Virus record (IMG/VR): IMGVR_UViG_2784746785_000001
Coordinates: 1 to 64,000 of that record
Direction: 5' to 3' (one strand)
Length of the DNA stretch: 64,000 nucleotides
Origin: a virus
Taxonomy: Duplodnaviria; Caudoviricetes
Shown: positions 8,452 through 19,200 of the stretch, piece after piece
Layout: the number at the start of each line of letters is the position of its first letter
How positions within the stretch are numbered: position 1 is the first letter of the stretch
Program-made: the position numbers and the translations under genes
The notes under the pieces: generated by a model
The model's input: the letters and a program-made list of their open reading frames with translations, nothing else
Told to the model about the DNA's origin: nothing
Database searches by the model: none

Positions 8452-10356
8452 TCACCTCCATCTGCTGCGGGCCTGAATGGTCAGTTTCTTGAACGCGGAC
8501 TCTCTGGGCGTCGAGAGTGTGATGCTTTTTACCATTGGCGTTACCGATGAATCCGTTGTGGCAAGCGTCACACGGAATTTGATGTATTTCGCAGAATCCG
8601 ACTGCACCGTATTGTCCGCGCCGGGAGTCGCCCAGTCGCTCCACGTCGATAAGTCACCCGAGGTGGAGGTCTCAACGGAGACGCTTGTACCGGCCGGCTT
8701 ATCGGCAGTCAGGGAAAGATAGCATTTTCCCACTATACCGTATTCCACGGCGGCGGTTGTGAGGTATCCGCTCGTCGCGTAGGCGGAGTCCGTTGCTTTG
8801 AGTGTCACGGCGTCCTCTGTCATCAGTCCGTCCACGTCTGCCGTCGAGTCCGCCGCATTTGCCGTCAGGGACTTCTGAAACCAGAGGGCGATGTCGTCCG
8901 CTGTTAAATCCGACTCACAGTTCAGGAACCAGTCGTCGAAGTTACCCGCATACCAGTATGTCTCGGCGTGCATTCCCCAGATCAGGTCGGCTGTACAGGA
9001 TCGGTTGAGGTCACCTGTGAAGCTGACCGCATCGGATATCCAGATTTCGCCGGTGCTCCGGCATTCAAGCACATACTGTGCTGTCCTGTCGTCCGGCTTG
9101 ATCACCGCCACTATGAAGTACCACAGGCCGTTTGTTAGCGTGAAGCTCGGCGTGAAATCCTCATCGAGGATCAGTGTTCCGGAGGAATTGTAGAGCATCA
9201 GGCGCGGATTGCCGGAATGCAGTGATAGGTAGAATATCGGGTTGCCGGTTCCCTGGCGGGTATTGAGCAGCGGGCAGAAAGTATTTCCGACCGAGTATGT
9301 TGTGGACATGAACCATCCGCCGACTACTATCGTCTTGCCGATATTCGAAAACAGCGTGCCGTCGTTGCTGACTTTCAGATACGTCTGCTCGGTCGAGGGA
9401 TTGTTGATGTTCATGCGGAACGACCTGCCAAGGTGGCCTGCCTGCAGGGAAGCCGTAGTGCCGCTCCATCCACTGATGGATGCCTTTCTGTCTTTGCCGG
9501 AGGAGTCCGCAAGGCATGTGTCGGAATCCGGCGCGGATTCATTGAACCGCCACAGACCATCCGCTCCCCATGACGCGGGAACCTGCCCGGTGAACTTGTT
9601 CTGCGAGTTCAGCGTCTGAACCGTCGTCTCCGTAGTGCTGTCGGCTTCAATTGTGATCGTGTTCGCGCCGACCTTGAGCGCCGGGAAGTCAAGGCTTTCT
9701 AGAAGCGGCAGGCCGTTGCGAAGCGTATTGCCGTCAGAATCCGTGACCTTCGCAGTCATGAGCGAGGAATCAATCACCAGAATCTCATTCTTGGAGAGTG
9801 CACCGTCAATCTTCAGGCTGCTGCCGTTGGTCGTGACGACCGCATTCTTGCCTTTGGCAAGGTCCGCCGTAAGTGAATAGACCGGCAGGGAATCGGCATT
9901 GCCGAGTGTCCGGTTCAGCGAGAACGTCCCGGCCTCGGTGATTTCAAACGTCTCGTCGTTTTCGGCGTAGGCGTATGGATCGGGACAGAGGAACGTCAGA
10001 TCGAAGGTGCAGGAGTTCCGTACGACCTTGTCAAACGAGAATCCGCTCTCGAGTCTCGCACGGTGCACGCGGTTCGGCTCCTTGTCCAGTATCAGATCGC
10101 ACAGCCCGATGTCCGGATTAAGCCACGCGATGATCTCGTCCTTGCGGGCGAGAAAATCCTCATCGGATTTTCCAGGAGGGATGAAACAGGATATTTCGAT
10201 CTTGCGCTCGCCGATGGTCTCGCCAAAGTCGAATACGCCCTCGCGTCCGGGAACGGTGATCGTGTTGTTGGTGAAGTCCGGCATTCTGATTTCCTTTGTC
10301 ATTCTGGTCGCCAAGCCGAAGCTCTGGCTCGTTCTGCCGTTGAATTTGAATCCCAT
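8452..10356 (-). CDS. Distal tail protein (evolved Dit) with LamG/ConA-like insertion
   Basis: MGFKFNG...FDLTFLCPDPYAY Dit N-terminus; LamG-like LWRFNE...WYFIVAV...GNFDD; terminal RSRWR; follows the TMP. Confidence 0.8.
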   Translation of the reverse strand: MGFKFNGRTSQSFGLATRMTKEIRMPDFTNNTITVPGREGVFDFGETIGERKIEISCFIPPGKSDEDFLARKDEIIAWLNPDIGLCDLILDKEPNRVHRARLESGFSFDKVVRNSCTFDLTFLCPDPYAYAENDETFEITEAGTFSLNRTLGNADSLPVYSLTADLAKGKNAVVTTNGSSLKIDGALSKNEILVIDSSLMTAKVTDSDGNTLRNGLPLLESLDFPALKVGANTITIEADSTTETTVQTLNSQNKFTGQVPASWGADGLWRFNESAPDSDTCLADSSGKDRKASISGWSGTTASLQAGHLGRSFRMNINNPSTEQTYLKVSNDGTLFSNIGKTIVVGGWFMSTTYSVGNTFCPLLNTRQGTGNPIFYLSLHSGNPRLMLYNSSGTLILDEDFTPSFTLTNGLWYFIVAVIKPDDRTAQYVLECRSTGEIWISDAVSFTGDLNRSCTADLIWGMHAETYWYAGNFDDWFLNCESDLTADDIALWFQKSLTANAADSTADVDGLMTEDAVTLKATDSAYATSGYLTTAAVEYGIVGKCYLSLTADKPAGTSVSVETSTSGDLSTWSDWATPGADNTVQSDSAKYIKFRVTLATTDSSVTPMVKSITLSTPRESAFKKLTIQARSRWR

Positions 10357-13211
10357 TAGATCACCGATCCTTTCGCGCGGCGGCTGCCGACAAGCAGGGT
10401 GTTGAGCTGCTGCGAGATTTTGCGTATGTCGTCGTCGCTGCGCACGCTCATGGTTTCGATATTGATCAGTGGGCCATTGTATCCGGCGGTTTCGCTGACG
10501 GCTTCCCGTATCATGTTTTTAAGACTGTTCACGCCGACCACGGCTTCGTCGCCAGCTTCGCCTCCTCCGAGGAGCGTTCCCCCGGACTGCCCGAAGATGG
10601 TCGCGTCCTTGAGGATCATGCCGCCGTTCATCGCTTTCTTGTACCAGGAGACAGAGAAATGCGGAATGCTCGGCGGATTCAGACTGAACGAACCGGAAAT
10701 CGAGAAGTGCGGGAGCTTGATTTTCGGCAGGCTCCACTTGAAGTTGAACACGCCTTTCAGCTTGTTCACGACGCCGGAGACAAAGCTCCAGATGTTATTG
10801 AACACCGATGTGAACGTTGATTTGATGCCGTTCAGGATTCCACTGATCGTGCTTTTGATAGCATTGAAGGCGGAGGTAATCCCGGACTTCATCGTGTTCA
10901 CGACGCTCATCACGGCTGATTTAATGCCGTTCCATACCGAGGTCGCGACGGATTTAATTCCGTTGAACACGGTCGAGGTGATGGCCTTTATTCCGTTCCA
11001 AGCGGTCGTGACGGCGATCTTGATACCGTTGCAGACTGTCGTAATCGCGGTTTTGATGGCATTCCAGACGGTTGTGACGACAGTCTGAATGGCTGTGCAT
11101 ACCGTCGAAATCACAGTCTTTATTGCGTTCCATATCGTGTTCACCACAGTCTGGATAGCTGTAAGAACGGTGGTAATGACCGTCTTGTAGATATTGAAGT
11201 AGGCTGTGACGACAGTCTGTATCGCCGTAAAAATTGTGGTGAAGAATGTCTTGATGCCATTCCACACAGTCTGAATCACCGTGCTGATGGTGTTCATCAC
11301 CGTTGTAACGATGCTCTGTATTCCGTTCCACGCGCCGGACAGGAAGCTACTGATGCCGTTCATCGCGGAGGTGAACACGCCACTGATGGCAGTCCAGATG
11401 GTTGTGAAGAAGTCCTTGATCGCTGTCCAGACGGTTATCGCGACTTCCTTGATGTTGTCCCAGAGGTTGATCCAGAAATTGCGGAAACTCTCGCAGTTGT
11501 TCCACAGGTAAATAAAGGCCGCGACGAGCAGTCCAATTGCTGTAATGATGAGACCTATTGGATTCGCCGCTATTGCCGCGTTGAGCGCAGTCATGCCACC
11601 TTTAACTATATTGATTGCAGATACGATCTTCGGCGCAAGCGTCATCAATGCCCCGACTCCTGTCGCCATCTTTCCAATGACGATCAGCACAGGACCGATG
11701 GCCGCCACGATTGCGGTGATGGCCAGGATCATTTTCTGCATCGCCGGGTCCATGTTCATGATAGCGTTCATTACGTCGATGATCTTCTCCATCAGGCTCA
11801 GGAACGCCGGTGCGACTGCCTGACCGATGGTAACCGTCAGCACATCGAAGGTGGACTTGAGCTGCTCGATTGTACCGCCGGTGCCGCTCATCAGGGCGTT
11901 CGACATGTTCTCCGCCGAGCCGCCGCAGTCGTCGAGCGCGTCGCGGAGAGACGACACCTCAGACGGTGAGGTCTGGATCAGCGTCAGCCACTTGGACATC
12001 TGTTCCTTGCCAAAGATATTAGCGGCGGCTTCCAGCTTTTCCTGATCGGTCAGACCGGAGAACGCAGAGTTCAGATTTGCCAGCACGGTCGGCATGTCCT
12101 TGAGCGTGCCGTTTTCATTGAAGATGGCGTAGGTCTGTCCGGTGGAAAGCCCGAGCTGATCCATTGCCGTCGCGCCTTCCTTGGCGGGAGAAGCGAGACG
12201 TGCGAGTCCTGTTTTCAGAGCGTTCGCACCTTCAGAACCGGAAATGCCCGCGTTTCCGAACACGTCAGTAATCGTCGCGAGATCCTTCACATCCCATCCG
12301 ACGGTCTTGCAGATAGGCCCTGCAACGGACATTGCCTCGAAAAGCTCCGAGGTCGTGGTGTTCGCCTGTGCCTGCGCCTTGGCGAGAACGTCCGCGTAGT
12401 TTGCCGCTTCAGAGGAGTCCGCACCGAACATCTTCATGGCGTTGCCAAGTCCAGATGTGGTTTCGGAAAGATCCGTGCCAGTACCCGCGGCAAGGTTCAT
12501 CGCCGGAGTCAGCATGTCGGTTGCTTCTTTTGCCGTGAAGCCCTGACGCGCGAAGTTCAAGGTGGCGTCGGCTGCGTCCTGCATGCCGTAGACAGATTCC
12601 TTCGCGGAGGTCCCGATCTGGTCCCATAGTCCCTCGAAGTCCTCGACAGAGTTCGCTGTGTCGCCCATCGTCTGTTTGACGAGGTTGAACTGCTTGTCCA
12701 CGTCGCCGTAGGCAGTGACTGCCGCTGTCGCTCCGGCCACAACGGGAGCAGTGAAGCCCATCGTCATTTTTGTTCCAGCACTGGAAAGGCTCTCGCCGAC
12801 GGATTTGACCTTCTCACCGGCTGCCGCAATCTTCTGTGCGGAGACGGAGCCGAAGTTCTCATATTCCTTGGTCAGGCTTTTGAGGTCTTGCTCGGTTTCG
12901 ACGATTTCTCGCTGAAGCGCATCGTACTGGCTCTGGCTCATGTCGCCGTTTGCAAGAGCCTGATCTGCCTGTTTTGCTGCTTCCTTGAGCGCTTCAAGCC
13001 GCTCCTTAGTTGCGGCAATTTCAGTTTGAAGTCCTTTCTGCTTCTGGGAGAGGAGTTCCGTATTGCCAGGATCGAGCTTCAGGAGCTTGTTGACGTCCCG
13101 CAGGCTTTTCTGCGTATTGCTGATCTGCTTGTCGACCGATTTGAGCGATTCGGTCAGCTTAGTGGTGTCGCCGCCGATCTCGACGGTGATGCCTTTGATT
13201 CTATTCGCCAT
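10356..13211 (-). CDS. Tape measure protein (TP901-like core)
   Basis: [17 protein letters not shown]-terminus, Ala/Thr-rich helical core, Trp/Phe-periodic repeats; 951 aa. Confidence 0.93.
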   Translation of the reverse strand: MANRIKGITVEIGGDTTKLTESLKSVDKQISNTQKSLRDVNKLLKLDPGNTELLSQKQKGLQTEIAATKERLEALKEAAKQADQALANGDMSQSQYDALQREIVETEQDLKSLTKEYENFGSVSAQKIAAAGEKVKSVGESLSSAGTKMTMGFTAPVVAGATAAVTAYGDVDKQFNLVKQTMGDTANSVEDFEGLWDQIGTSAKESVYGMQDAADATLNFARQGFTAKEATDMLTPAMNLAAGTGTDLSETTSGLGNAMKMFGADSSEAANYADVLAKAQAQANTTTSELFEAMSVAGPICKTVGWDVKDLATITDVFGNAGISGSEGANALKTGLARLASPAKEGATAMDQLGLSTGQTYAIFNENGTLKDMPTVLANLNSAFSGLTDQEKLEAAANIFGKEQMSKWLTLIQTSPSEVSSLRDALDDCGGSAENMSNALMSGTGGTIEQLKSTFDVLTVTIGQAVAPAFLSLMEKIIDVMNAIMNMDPAMQKMILAITAIVAAIGPVLIVIGKMATGVGALMTLAPKIVSAINIVKGGMTALNAAIAANPIGLIITAIGLLVAAFIYLWNNCESFRNFWINLWDNIKEVAITVWTAIKDFFTTIWTAISGVFTSAMNGISSFLSGAWNGIQSIVTTVMNTISTVIQTVWNGIKTFFTTIFTAIQTVVTAYFNIYKTVITTVLTAIQTVVNTIWNAIKTVISTVCTAIQTVVTTVWNAIKTAITTVCNGIKIAVTTAWNGIKAITSTVFNGIKSVATSVWNGIKSAVMSVVNTMKSGITSAFNAIKSTISGILNGIKSTFTSVFNNIWSFVSGVVNKLKGVFNFKWSLPKIKLPHFSISGSFSLNPPSIPHFSVSWYKKAMNGGMILKDATIFGQSGGTLLGGGEAGDEAVVGVNSLKNMIREAVSETAGYNGPLINIETMSVRSDDDIRKISQQLNTLLVGSRRAKGSVI

Positions 13212-13229
13212 GCGGATTCCTCCTCCCTA

Positions 13230-13394
13230 TTAAAATCTATCCATCATTTCCTGTGTCGCGATTTCCGGGTAGTCCCAGTCGTCGTTGCTCATTTCGGCGT
13301 ACATGTCGTTGACGGTGCCGATGGTCAGCAGGTCAAGCTCCGAGACATGCAGTCCGATCTGCACGCAGCGCAAAAGAAAGAGCGGGGTAGTCAT
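13230..13394 (-). CDS. Tail assembly chaperone downstream (gpT-like) segment
   Basis: MTTPLFLLRCVQIGL...DRF, read manually (below the ORF-track cutoff). Lies in the -1 frame of the upstream chaperone. Confidence 0.75.
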   Translation of the reverse strand: MTTPLFLLRCVQIGLHVSELDLLTIGTVNDMYAEMSNDDWDYPEIATQEMMDRF

Positions 13395-13768
13395 TTCCCG
13401 CTCTGTCGCGCGATGTTTTTTTTAGCGGATACCTGCTGCTCGGTATTGATGCCCCACAGCTCGATAATCTGCGGCAGCACCTCGTAAATCGAGAACGTGT
13501 TGAAGCCGTCCAGCCATTCCTCCGGCGTATCCGGAACGGCTGCATCCGCGTGCTTTGCCATCAGCCATGCGATGTTCTCGAACAGCTCCAGCGAGAATGT
13601 ATCCAGACTGGAATTTTCCGAGTCGTTCTCGCTGATGCCTTTCTGAAGCTCATTCAGGTCGCGGTAGATGTCTCGGTGGAACTTGTTTCTGTAGAGGCGT
13701 GGAATCGCAGCCGATGCTCTGAATGTCACTGGCTGCCCGTCAATCGTGATAGTTTTCGTCACTGCCAT
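13391..13768 (-). CDS. Tail assembly chaperone (gpG-like)
   Basis: Between MTP and TMP; ends in the slippery run GCT AAA AAA AAC. Confidence 0.85.
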   Translation of the reverse strand: MAVTKTITIDGQPVTFRASAAIPRLYRNKFHRDIYRDLNELQKGISENDSENSSLDTFSLELFENIAWLMAKHADAAVPDTPEEWLDGFNTFSIYEVLPQIIELWGINTEQQVSAKKNIARQSGK

Positions 13769-13771
13769 CGT

Positions 13772-14395
13772 TTACTCCTCCTCTGTCGAATAGCTCATGT
13801 TTGCCTTTTCGCCGGACGAGGTGGTCGTGGTGTCGCTTGGCTCGTAGACTTTGTCGTACCAGGCGTTGTAAACCGCGTCCGTGGTGTTCGTGCCGGTCTT
13901 GACCTTCACGAGTCCAGAAGGCAGCGGCGATACGGTGATGGAAAGCGTGTCCGTCTGTACCTCGGTCGAGTCTTCCTTGGTCTGACCTGAAACGGACGGT
14001 CTCGTCGCGGAGCAGTAGTACATACAGTGGCGGATCTTTCGCTGGTCGCCGGAAAATTCGAATAGCAGCGCGAAATGCTCCGGCTCCACATCCTTGTTCT
14101 CGGCAATCACGCCGTTCGCGTCCTCGGTCTCGTGCATCACGTCGGTGAGGAAGCTTTCCGGGATGAGTGCCAGCTCAAAGTCGCCGGAATATCCGTTGTT
14201 GTTGCTGACCATGTAATAAACCGTGTCGTCGGCGTAGAACGGCTCGTTGTCGCCCTCGGCGTCAAGGGAAAGACTGACCGCGCCGGGCATCGCCACAGGC
14301 GTGCCGAATGTCACCGTTCCATCCTCGGCAAGCGTCGCGATCGCGTAGTGGCAGTTCTTCAGGCCAAACTTGACCTTGTTCTTCTTATTAGCCAT
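13772..14395 (-). CDS. Major tail protein (phi13-like family)
   Basis: NKVKFGLKNCHYA, FYADD-like EPFYADD motif; position in the tail operon. Confidence 0.9.
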   Translation of the reverse strand: MANKKNKVKFGLKNCHYAIATLAEDGTVTFGTPVAMPGAVSLSLDAEGDNEPFYADDTVYYMVSNNNGYSGDFELALIPESFLTDVMHETEDANGVIAENKDVEPEHFALLFEFSGDQRKIRHCMYYCSATRPSVSGQTKEDSTEVQTDTLSITVSPLPSGLVKVKTGTNTTDAVYNAWYDKVYEPSDTTTTSSGEKANMSYSTEEE

Positions 14396-14400
14396 ATTCT

Positions 14401-14736
14401 TTAACCTCCAATAATCTGTGTTTGGTAGAGAACCTCGTACATCTTCTCGTCCTCGATCCAGACCTCCGACTTCTCATACGGCAATTCGTGAGAGGTGAGA
14501 ATGTCCTCGATTTTCGATTCAGTGTCCGGGTCCTTTTTGTCTGTGTAAAGCTCGATGTTCAGCTCGTCGACCTTCTGCCAGACCACGTTGTCCGCGAAAA
14601 TGTTGTCCGTTCCCGGAAACAGGAAGCAGATGAACGGCGGGTCCGGAGACTCGCCCTCGGCAAAGTGGTCGTAGGCGACGGGAAGTCCGGCTTCCTCGAG
14701 CATGGTTACGATCTCGTCATAGTTCATAGGCGTCAT
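14401..14736 (-). CDS. Tail terminator/completion protein
   Basis: Synteny; YDHFAEGESPDPPFI...IELYTDKKD. Confidence 0.7.
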   Translation of the reverse strand: MTPMNYDEIVTMLEEAGLPVAYDHFAEGESPDPPFICFLFPGTDNIFADNVVWQKVDELNIELYTDKKDPDTESKIEDILTSHELPYEKSEVWIEDEKMYEVLYQTQIIGG

Positions 14737-15113
14737 CCTTTCAGTTTGGATTCAATCTCGCGCACCAGCTTCTCATTGCCTGCCTGCTCGGCAGGAGCGA
14801 TATGCGGTCTTGCGGCCACACGGCCTCCGCCGCGCTTGGCGTGACCATGCTCCAGAAGGTGCGCAATCTGATAGCGGTTCCGCGAATGAACCACCATGTC
14901 GATGGAGTCCGCACTTTCGCTGACGGTCTTGACCGACCATGACTTCTTGTACTTGCCGGTACGCACAGGAGCGTTCGCCTGAATATCCTTGCGGACGGAT
15001 TTCGCCGTATCCCTGACCGCATCCTTCATGTCGTCGGCGGCAAGGTCGGCGTATTCCTGCAGGCCCTTCATCACGGCGTCACGCAGGCCGTCAATTGATA
15101 CCTTCTCGTTCAT
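14733..15113 (-). CDS. HK97 gp10-like tail component
   Basis: APVRTGKY...HLLEHGH...ARPHIAPA. Start MNEKVSID at 15113; the ORF-track extension is a shadow of the upstream gene. Confidence 0.85.
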   Translation of the reverse strand: MNEKVSIDGLRDAVMKGLQEYADLAADDMKDAVRDTAKSVRKDIQANAPVRTGKYKKSWSVKTVSESADSIDMVVHSRNRYQIAHLLEHGHAKRGGGRVAARPHIAPAEQAGNEKLVREIESKLKG

Positions 15114-15448
15114 GTCGTTTTCTCCAATGCGCAGTTGAATTTCAGCGTGTTCTTCTTGTAGCCCATCGGGTTCACATAGGTGATGTTGTACGTTTTGCCT
15201 TCCGCGAGAATCCGGTACTTCGTGGAGACGACCTCGGCAAGCTCGGAGCACCAGCGGCAGGTGAAGTTCAGCGATTCCTCCGAGTTGATCACCTCGCCGG
15301 AAGTCTCCGAACCGTAGGAGTCCGTACCGACCGTCGCCCAGCACTTGAAGTAGTCTGTCCACGACGCCGTATGGTTTCCGTACTTGTCCGTGGTTATTTC
15401 ATTCTTCTGGAATGTGACCGGCACACGCATATTGGCGATCTTCATCAA
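15110..15448 (-). CDS. Head closure/head-tail adaptor
   Basis: Synteny; beta-rich W...FTCRW...YNITYV pattern. Confidence 0.8.
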   Translation of the reverse strand: MMKIANMRVPVTFQKNEITTDKYGNHTASWTDYFKCWATVGTDSYGSETSGEVINSEESLNFTCRWCSELAEVVSTKYRILAEGKTYNITYVNPMGYKKNTLKFNCALEKTT

Positions 15449-15732
15449 AATCCCTCCTTGCGCACGCCGAACAGAAGCGCCCGGAGCGTCAGATTCAGCT
15501 GATTGTGGTCAGCGTCCTCGCGGTGCTCGTACAGGTACGCCACGGTGTAGAGAATGGCAATGCGCATGCGGATGAGGATTTTCTCCTCGCTTGCCTCCCA
15601 TTCCTCGTCAGAGTAGCGGGCGATGTCCTGAACGGTCGCGGTGGCCGATGTTATGAGATTCTGGATCAGCTCGTCCTCATCGGAAGAACTAACTCGCAGA
15701 TAGGTTTTTGCTTCCTCAAGCGTTACTTCCAT
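15445..15732 (-). CDS. Head-tail connector (gp6-like)
   Basis: VTLEEAKTYLRV...AILYTVAYLYEHRE; GGAGG RBS before ATG 15732. Confidence 0.88.
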   Translation of the reverse strand: MEVTLEEAKTYLRVSSSDEDELIQNLITSATATVQDIARYSDEEWEASEEKILIRMRIAILYTVAYLYEHREDADHNQLNLTLRALLFGVRKEGF

Positions 15733-15800
15733 GAGACACCTCCAATAAAAGTGAAGCGGACACCCGTAATGGATGCCCGCCCACAACAAAGCGAAATCAA

Positions 15801-17006
15801 TCAGCCCGCCGCCTTGACGGAAAGACCGCGCACGGCTTCCGGCAGGATCAGCTTGCCATCTACGCGCTCAGACGCGAGGAATCCGATCTGGCCGTTCGCC
15901 GCGTAGAGCTCCGACAGGCGCTTGAAGGAGCGTCCCTGACGGTCGGCAATCCAGTAATAGGAGAAGTCTCCGAACAGGATCGGCACATTTCCGGCTGCCA
16001 GCTCCGGCGCGTAGATGCTCGTGTGGTACGGACGGTTCAGGATGGTATCCGGCTGACCGGCTACGACGCTCGGCTGCCAGATGTAGTTTCCGTTGCCGTC
16101 CTTGATCTTGCGCAGCGCCTTGACGGTGGAGTCGTTCAGAATCCACACAGCGCGGTTGCGGTAGACCGAACGCAGGGAGTGGAACACGTCCATGATCTGG
16201 TCGAAGGTGAGGTTCGTGTTCGCGATCTCCGTGGTCGCGCCATCGGTCGCCTTGACCTTGGTGAAGACGCCCTCAGGCTTCTTCTGGCCGTCGCCGACGA
16301 GGAACGCCTCCTCCTCGGCGGCACCGATGCGCCGCGCGAACTCGGTGGAGATGTAGCTCTCGAGGTCGAAGACGGAGTCGTTCATCAGCTCCTCGGATAC
16401 CTTGATCGCCGTTCCCAGCTTGTACGCGGAAAGCGTGATCTGGTCGAAGGTGTCGTCGGATTCCGGATAGAGCCCATTCTCCTCCATCCAGCTTGCCGTT
16501 CCGTGAGATGCGACAATCGGAATCGTGTGCGTTCCGCTGTCGGTCTGAATGACGTGCGCGAGACTTCTGAAGAAGTTCTCGTCGGTCAGCGCCTGCACCA
16601 GCTGATGCTCGTACTCATCCGGTACGAGGTACCCGCCGTTCGCGTCAGTGCCGACTTCGAGTACATTCTGTACGTCGTACCAGTTGCGCTTGCGGATCGA
16701 ATCCCAGAAGGCGGTCTTGTACGCCTTGGAAGCAATGCCGGGCTTGTCGTCCGGTTCGTCCTTGGCACCGGGCTTGCCGGTGAGCGGTGCGGATGTCGGC
16801 GCGGAGAGCATCTTGTCGATCTGCTCCTGTCGCTGCAGGCGCTCGATGTCGTGCGTCAGATCGGTGACTTCCTTTTCCATCTTGTCGTAGGTGGCGGCGT
16901 CCTCCGCGGATACGTTGCCGCCGTTATCGGAGTGGGTGTCGAGAAAGTTCTTAGCCGCGTCCCACGCCTTGGCGCGTCTGTCCATGAGTTCCATAATCTT
17001 GGTCAT
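15801..17006 (-). CDS. Major capsid protein (HK97 fold, with delta domain)
   Basis: GGYLVPDE, SEELMNDS, ILFGDFSYY, ERVDGK motifs. Confidence 0.95.
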   Translation of the reverse strand: MTKIMELMDRRAKAWDAAKNFLDTHSDNGGNVSAEDAATYDKMEKEVTDLTHDIERLQRQEQIDKMLSAPTSAPLTGKPGAKDEPDDKPGIASKAYKTAFWDSIRKRNWYDVQNVLEVGTDANGGYLVPDEYEHQLVQALTDENFFRSLAHVIQTDSGTHTIPIVASHGTASWMEENGLYPESDDTFDQITLSAYKLGTAIKVSEELMNDSVFDLESYISTEFARRIGAAEEEAFLVGDGQKKPEGVFTKVKATDGATTEIANTNLTFDQIMDVFHSLRSVYRNRAVWILNDSTVKALRKIKDGNGNYIWQPSVVAGQPDTILNRPYHTSIYAPELAAGNVPILFGDFSYYWIADRQGRSFKRLSELYAANGQIGFLASERVDGKLILPEAVRGLSVKAAG

Positions 17007-17025
17007 AATCGTTATCCTCCATTCA

Positions 17026-17772
17026 TTAGTGGCTGAGAAGCGAGAGCCGCTTCTCAAGATCTGCGACCTTCACGGTCTGTGTCTTTATTTCGGGTTTGCG
17101 TTTCGGTATCAGCTTCGAGAGCAGGGAATCCGTGACGGCTTTCCGGGAGAAAAGCATCTCGACTTCGCCGTCATCAGGCTCGTCGCCCTCGGTGCTTTCG
17201 TCGGGCTCGGTTCCGTCCGCGAACAGGATCTCGTCGGCGAATCCGAGCTTCTTGGCTTCCTTAGCGTTCATCCAGGTCTCAGCGTCCATGAGCTTGCTGA
17301 TCTTGTTCCGGGAGAGACCGGACTTGATCTCGTAGGCGTTCATGATGGATTCCTTGACCTCGGACAGCATGTCGATGGCTTTCTGCATTTCTTCCGAATC
17401 GCCGATTGCGATGGTCGCGGGATTATGCACCATCAGCATCGCGACCGGACTCATGCAGACCTTCGTTCCCGCCATTGCGATGACGCTTGCCGCCGAAGCC
17501 GCGAGCGCGTCGATCTTGACGGTCACCTCATACGGGTAGTCCATCAGCATGTTGTAGATCTGCGCCGCCGCGAAGACGTCGCCGCCGGGCGAATTGATCC
17601 AGAGCGTGATGTTGCCTTTTCCGCTGTTCAGCTCGTCCTTGAAGACCTGCGGCGTGACTTCGTCGCCGTACCAGGTCTCATCGGATATTTCCCCGTCGAG
17701 GTAGAGCGTGCGGTCGCTGCCGAAGCTGTCCGGCGTTTCGTTTCTGGTCCATCGCCAGAATTTTCTTGTCAT
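17026..17772 (-). CDS. ClpP-like head maturation protease
   Basis: INSPGGDVF, ALAASAASVIAMAG, MVHNP, ETWMNAKEA. Confidence 0.93.
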   Translation of the reverse strand: MTRKFWRWTRNETPDSFGSDRTLYLDGEISDETWYGDEVTPQVFKDELNSGKGNITLWINSPGGDVFAAAQIYNMLMDYPYEVTVKIDALAASAASVIAMAGTKVCMSPVAMLMVHNPATIAIGDSEEMQKAIDMLSEVKESIMNAYEIKSGLSRNKISKLMDAETWMNAKEAKKLGFADEILFADGTEPDESTEGDEPDDGEVEMLFSRKAVTDSLLSKLIPKRKPEIKTQTVKVADLEKRLSLLSH

Positions 17773-19118
17773 AGGGGCTTCCTCCTTTCCCGGAGCCGGT
17801 CACCGGACTCCGACTGTTCCTGTGATTCTTCCGATTTCTCGGTCGATTCTTGTTCTTCATTGGGTTGTTCCTCCGTTTCTGTTGAAGCTGATGCTGCGAA
17901 GATTCCGGCATCCTCGAGCTTGGTCATGTTGCCGTTGATGAGATACAGGTCGCCGCCCTTGTTCTCCGGAATGCGGTCGAGATTTTCAAGCTCGCGTATG
18001 TCGTTTGCCGACATCCATCCGTTCTGCCTTGCAGTGGCGTAGCCGTTCATGCGGCTCTGATAGTCGCCTCTGAGCAGACCGTCCACGTTGAACTTGAAGA
18101 AGTAGTCCTTCTTCTCCTCGGGACGGAGCAGTGCTCTGCGCATCGACTGTTCCCAGCGGGATACCCACGGGTCGAGCGTGTACTTTACGAATTCCAGCGA
18201 CTGCTGCTCGATATTCGAGTAGCTCGATTTATCGAGGTCACCGATCATGTGCGGCGGGATACGGAATATTCTCGCGATCTCGTCTATCTGGAACTTGCGC
18301 GTCTCAAGGAACTGCGCCTGCTCCGGGCTGATGCTGATTGGCGTGTATTTCATGCCTTCTTCGAGCACTGCGACCTTGTTGGAATTGGCAGAGCCGCCGA
18401 AGGCTGAGTTCCAGCTTTCACGGACTCGCTCCGGATCTTTGACCACGCCGGGATGCTCCAGAATGCCGCCCGGCGTCGCGCCATTGGCAAAGAACTTACT
18501 GCCGTACTCCTCGGTGGCAATGGCAAGCCCTATGGCGTTCTTGGCCATCGCAATCGGCGAGTAGCCGACTAAGCCGTCGAAGCCGAGACCGGGAATATGC
18601 AGCACATCCATCGGAGACAGCCTTACCAGACTGCCTTTCATGGTGTGCGCCTCGTCTGTCGAGGTCTGGTATTCGTAGTAGAGCTGCCCGTTTTCGTCGC
18701 GATCGACCGTCATGCGGTTCGGCATCAGCGGATAGAGGGCCACGACGTCGCCCTTGCCGTTTCGGATGATCTGCGCGTAGGCGTTGCCCCACAGGAGCAG
18801 GTGCGTCATAAGCGTCTCCCGGAACACGAACGACGTCATCTCAGGATTCGGCTCGTCGTGCAGAAGCTCATAGAGCGGATGGTCGATGGCTTTTTCCTTC
18901 GAGCCGTTCTCTGCGTATCTGTACAAATGCAATGGAAGCCCGGCTATCGCCTCGGACAGAATCCGGACGCAAGAGTAGACCGCCGTCATCTGCATGGCGG
19001 ATCGCTCCGTCACGGCTTTGCCGCTTGTCGTTCCTCCGAAGAAGAAGCGGTACGAGCTGCCCGCTGTGCTGTCCTTGGGAGCGTCGCGCCCTCGAAACCA
19101 TCTGTTGAATATGCTCAT
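17769..19118 (-). CDS. Portal protein (HK97 family)
   Basis: AVYSCVRILSEAIA, LLWGNAY, EIARIFRIPP; acidic C-terminal tail. Confidence 0.95.
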   Translation of the reverse strand: MSIFNRWFRGRDAPKDSTAGSSYRFFFGGTTSGKAVTERSAMQMTAVYSCVRILSEAIAGLPLHLYRYAENGSKEKAIDHPLYELLHDEPNPEMTSFVFRETLMTHLLLWGNAYAQIIRNGKGDVVALYPLMPNRMTVDRDENGQLYYEYQTSTDEAHTMKGSLVRLSPMDVLHIPGLGFDGLVGYSPIAMAKNAIGLAIATEEYGSKFFANGATPGGILEHPGVVKDPERVRESWNSAFGGSANSNKVAVLEEGMKYTPISISPEQAQFLETRKFQIDEIARIFRIPPHMIGDLDKSSYSNIEQQSLEFVKYTLDPWVSRWEQSMRRALLRPEEKKDYFFKFNVDGLLRGDYQSRMNGYATARQNGWMSANDIRELENLDRIPENKGGDLYLINGNMTKLEDAGIFAASASTETEEQPNEEQESTEKSEESQEQSESGDRLRERRKPL

Positions 19119-19200
19119 TGCCACACCTCCATTTGATTAAGGGCCTCCCGCAGCAGCAGGAAGCCCAATAGTGAAATCAGAATCATTCATTTGTCCTCAT

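Noticed and set aside
3807-10356. Diversity-generating retroelement targeting tail genes
   Set aside because: No reverse transcriptase and no TR/VR pair differing at adenines. The VTDCTGT duplication is divergent at the protein level.
10800-11500. Repetitive sequence in the tape measure gene
   Set aside because: Ordinary 11-residue-type TMP helical repeats, not a separate element.
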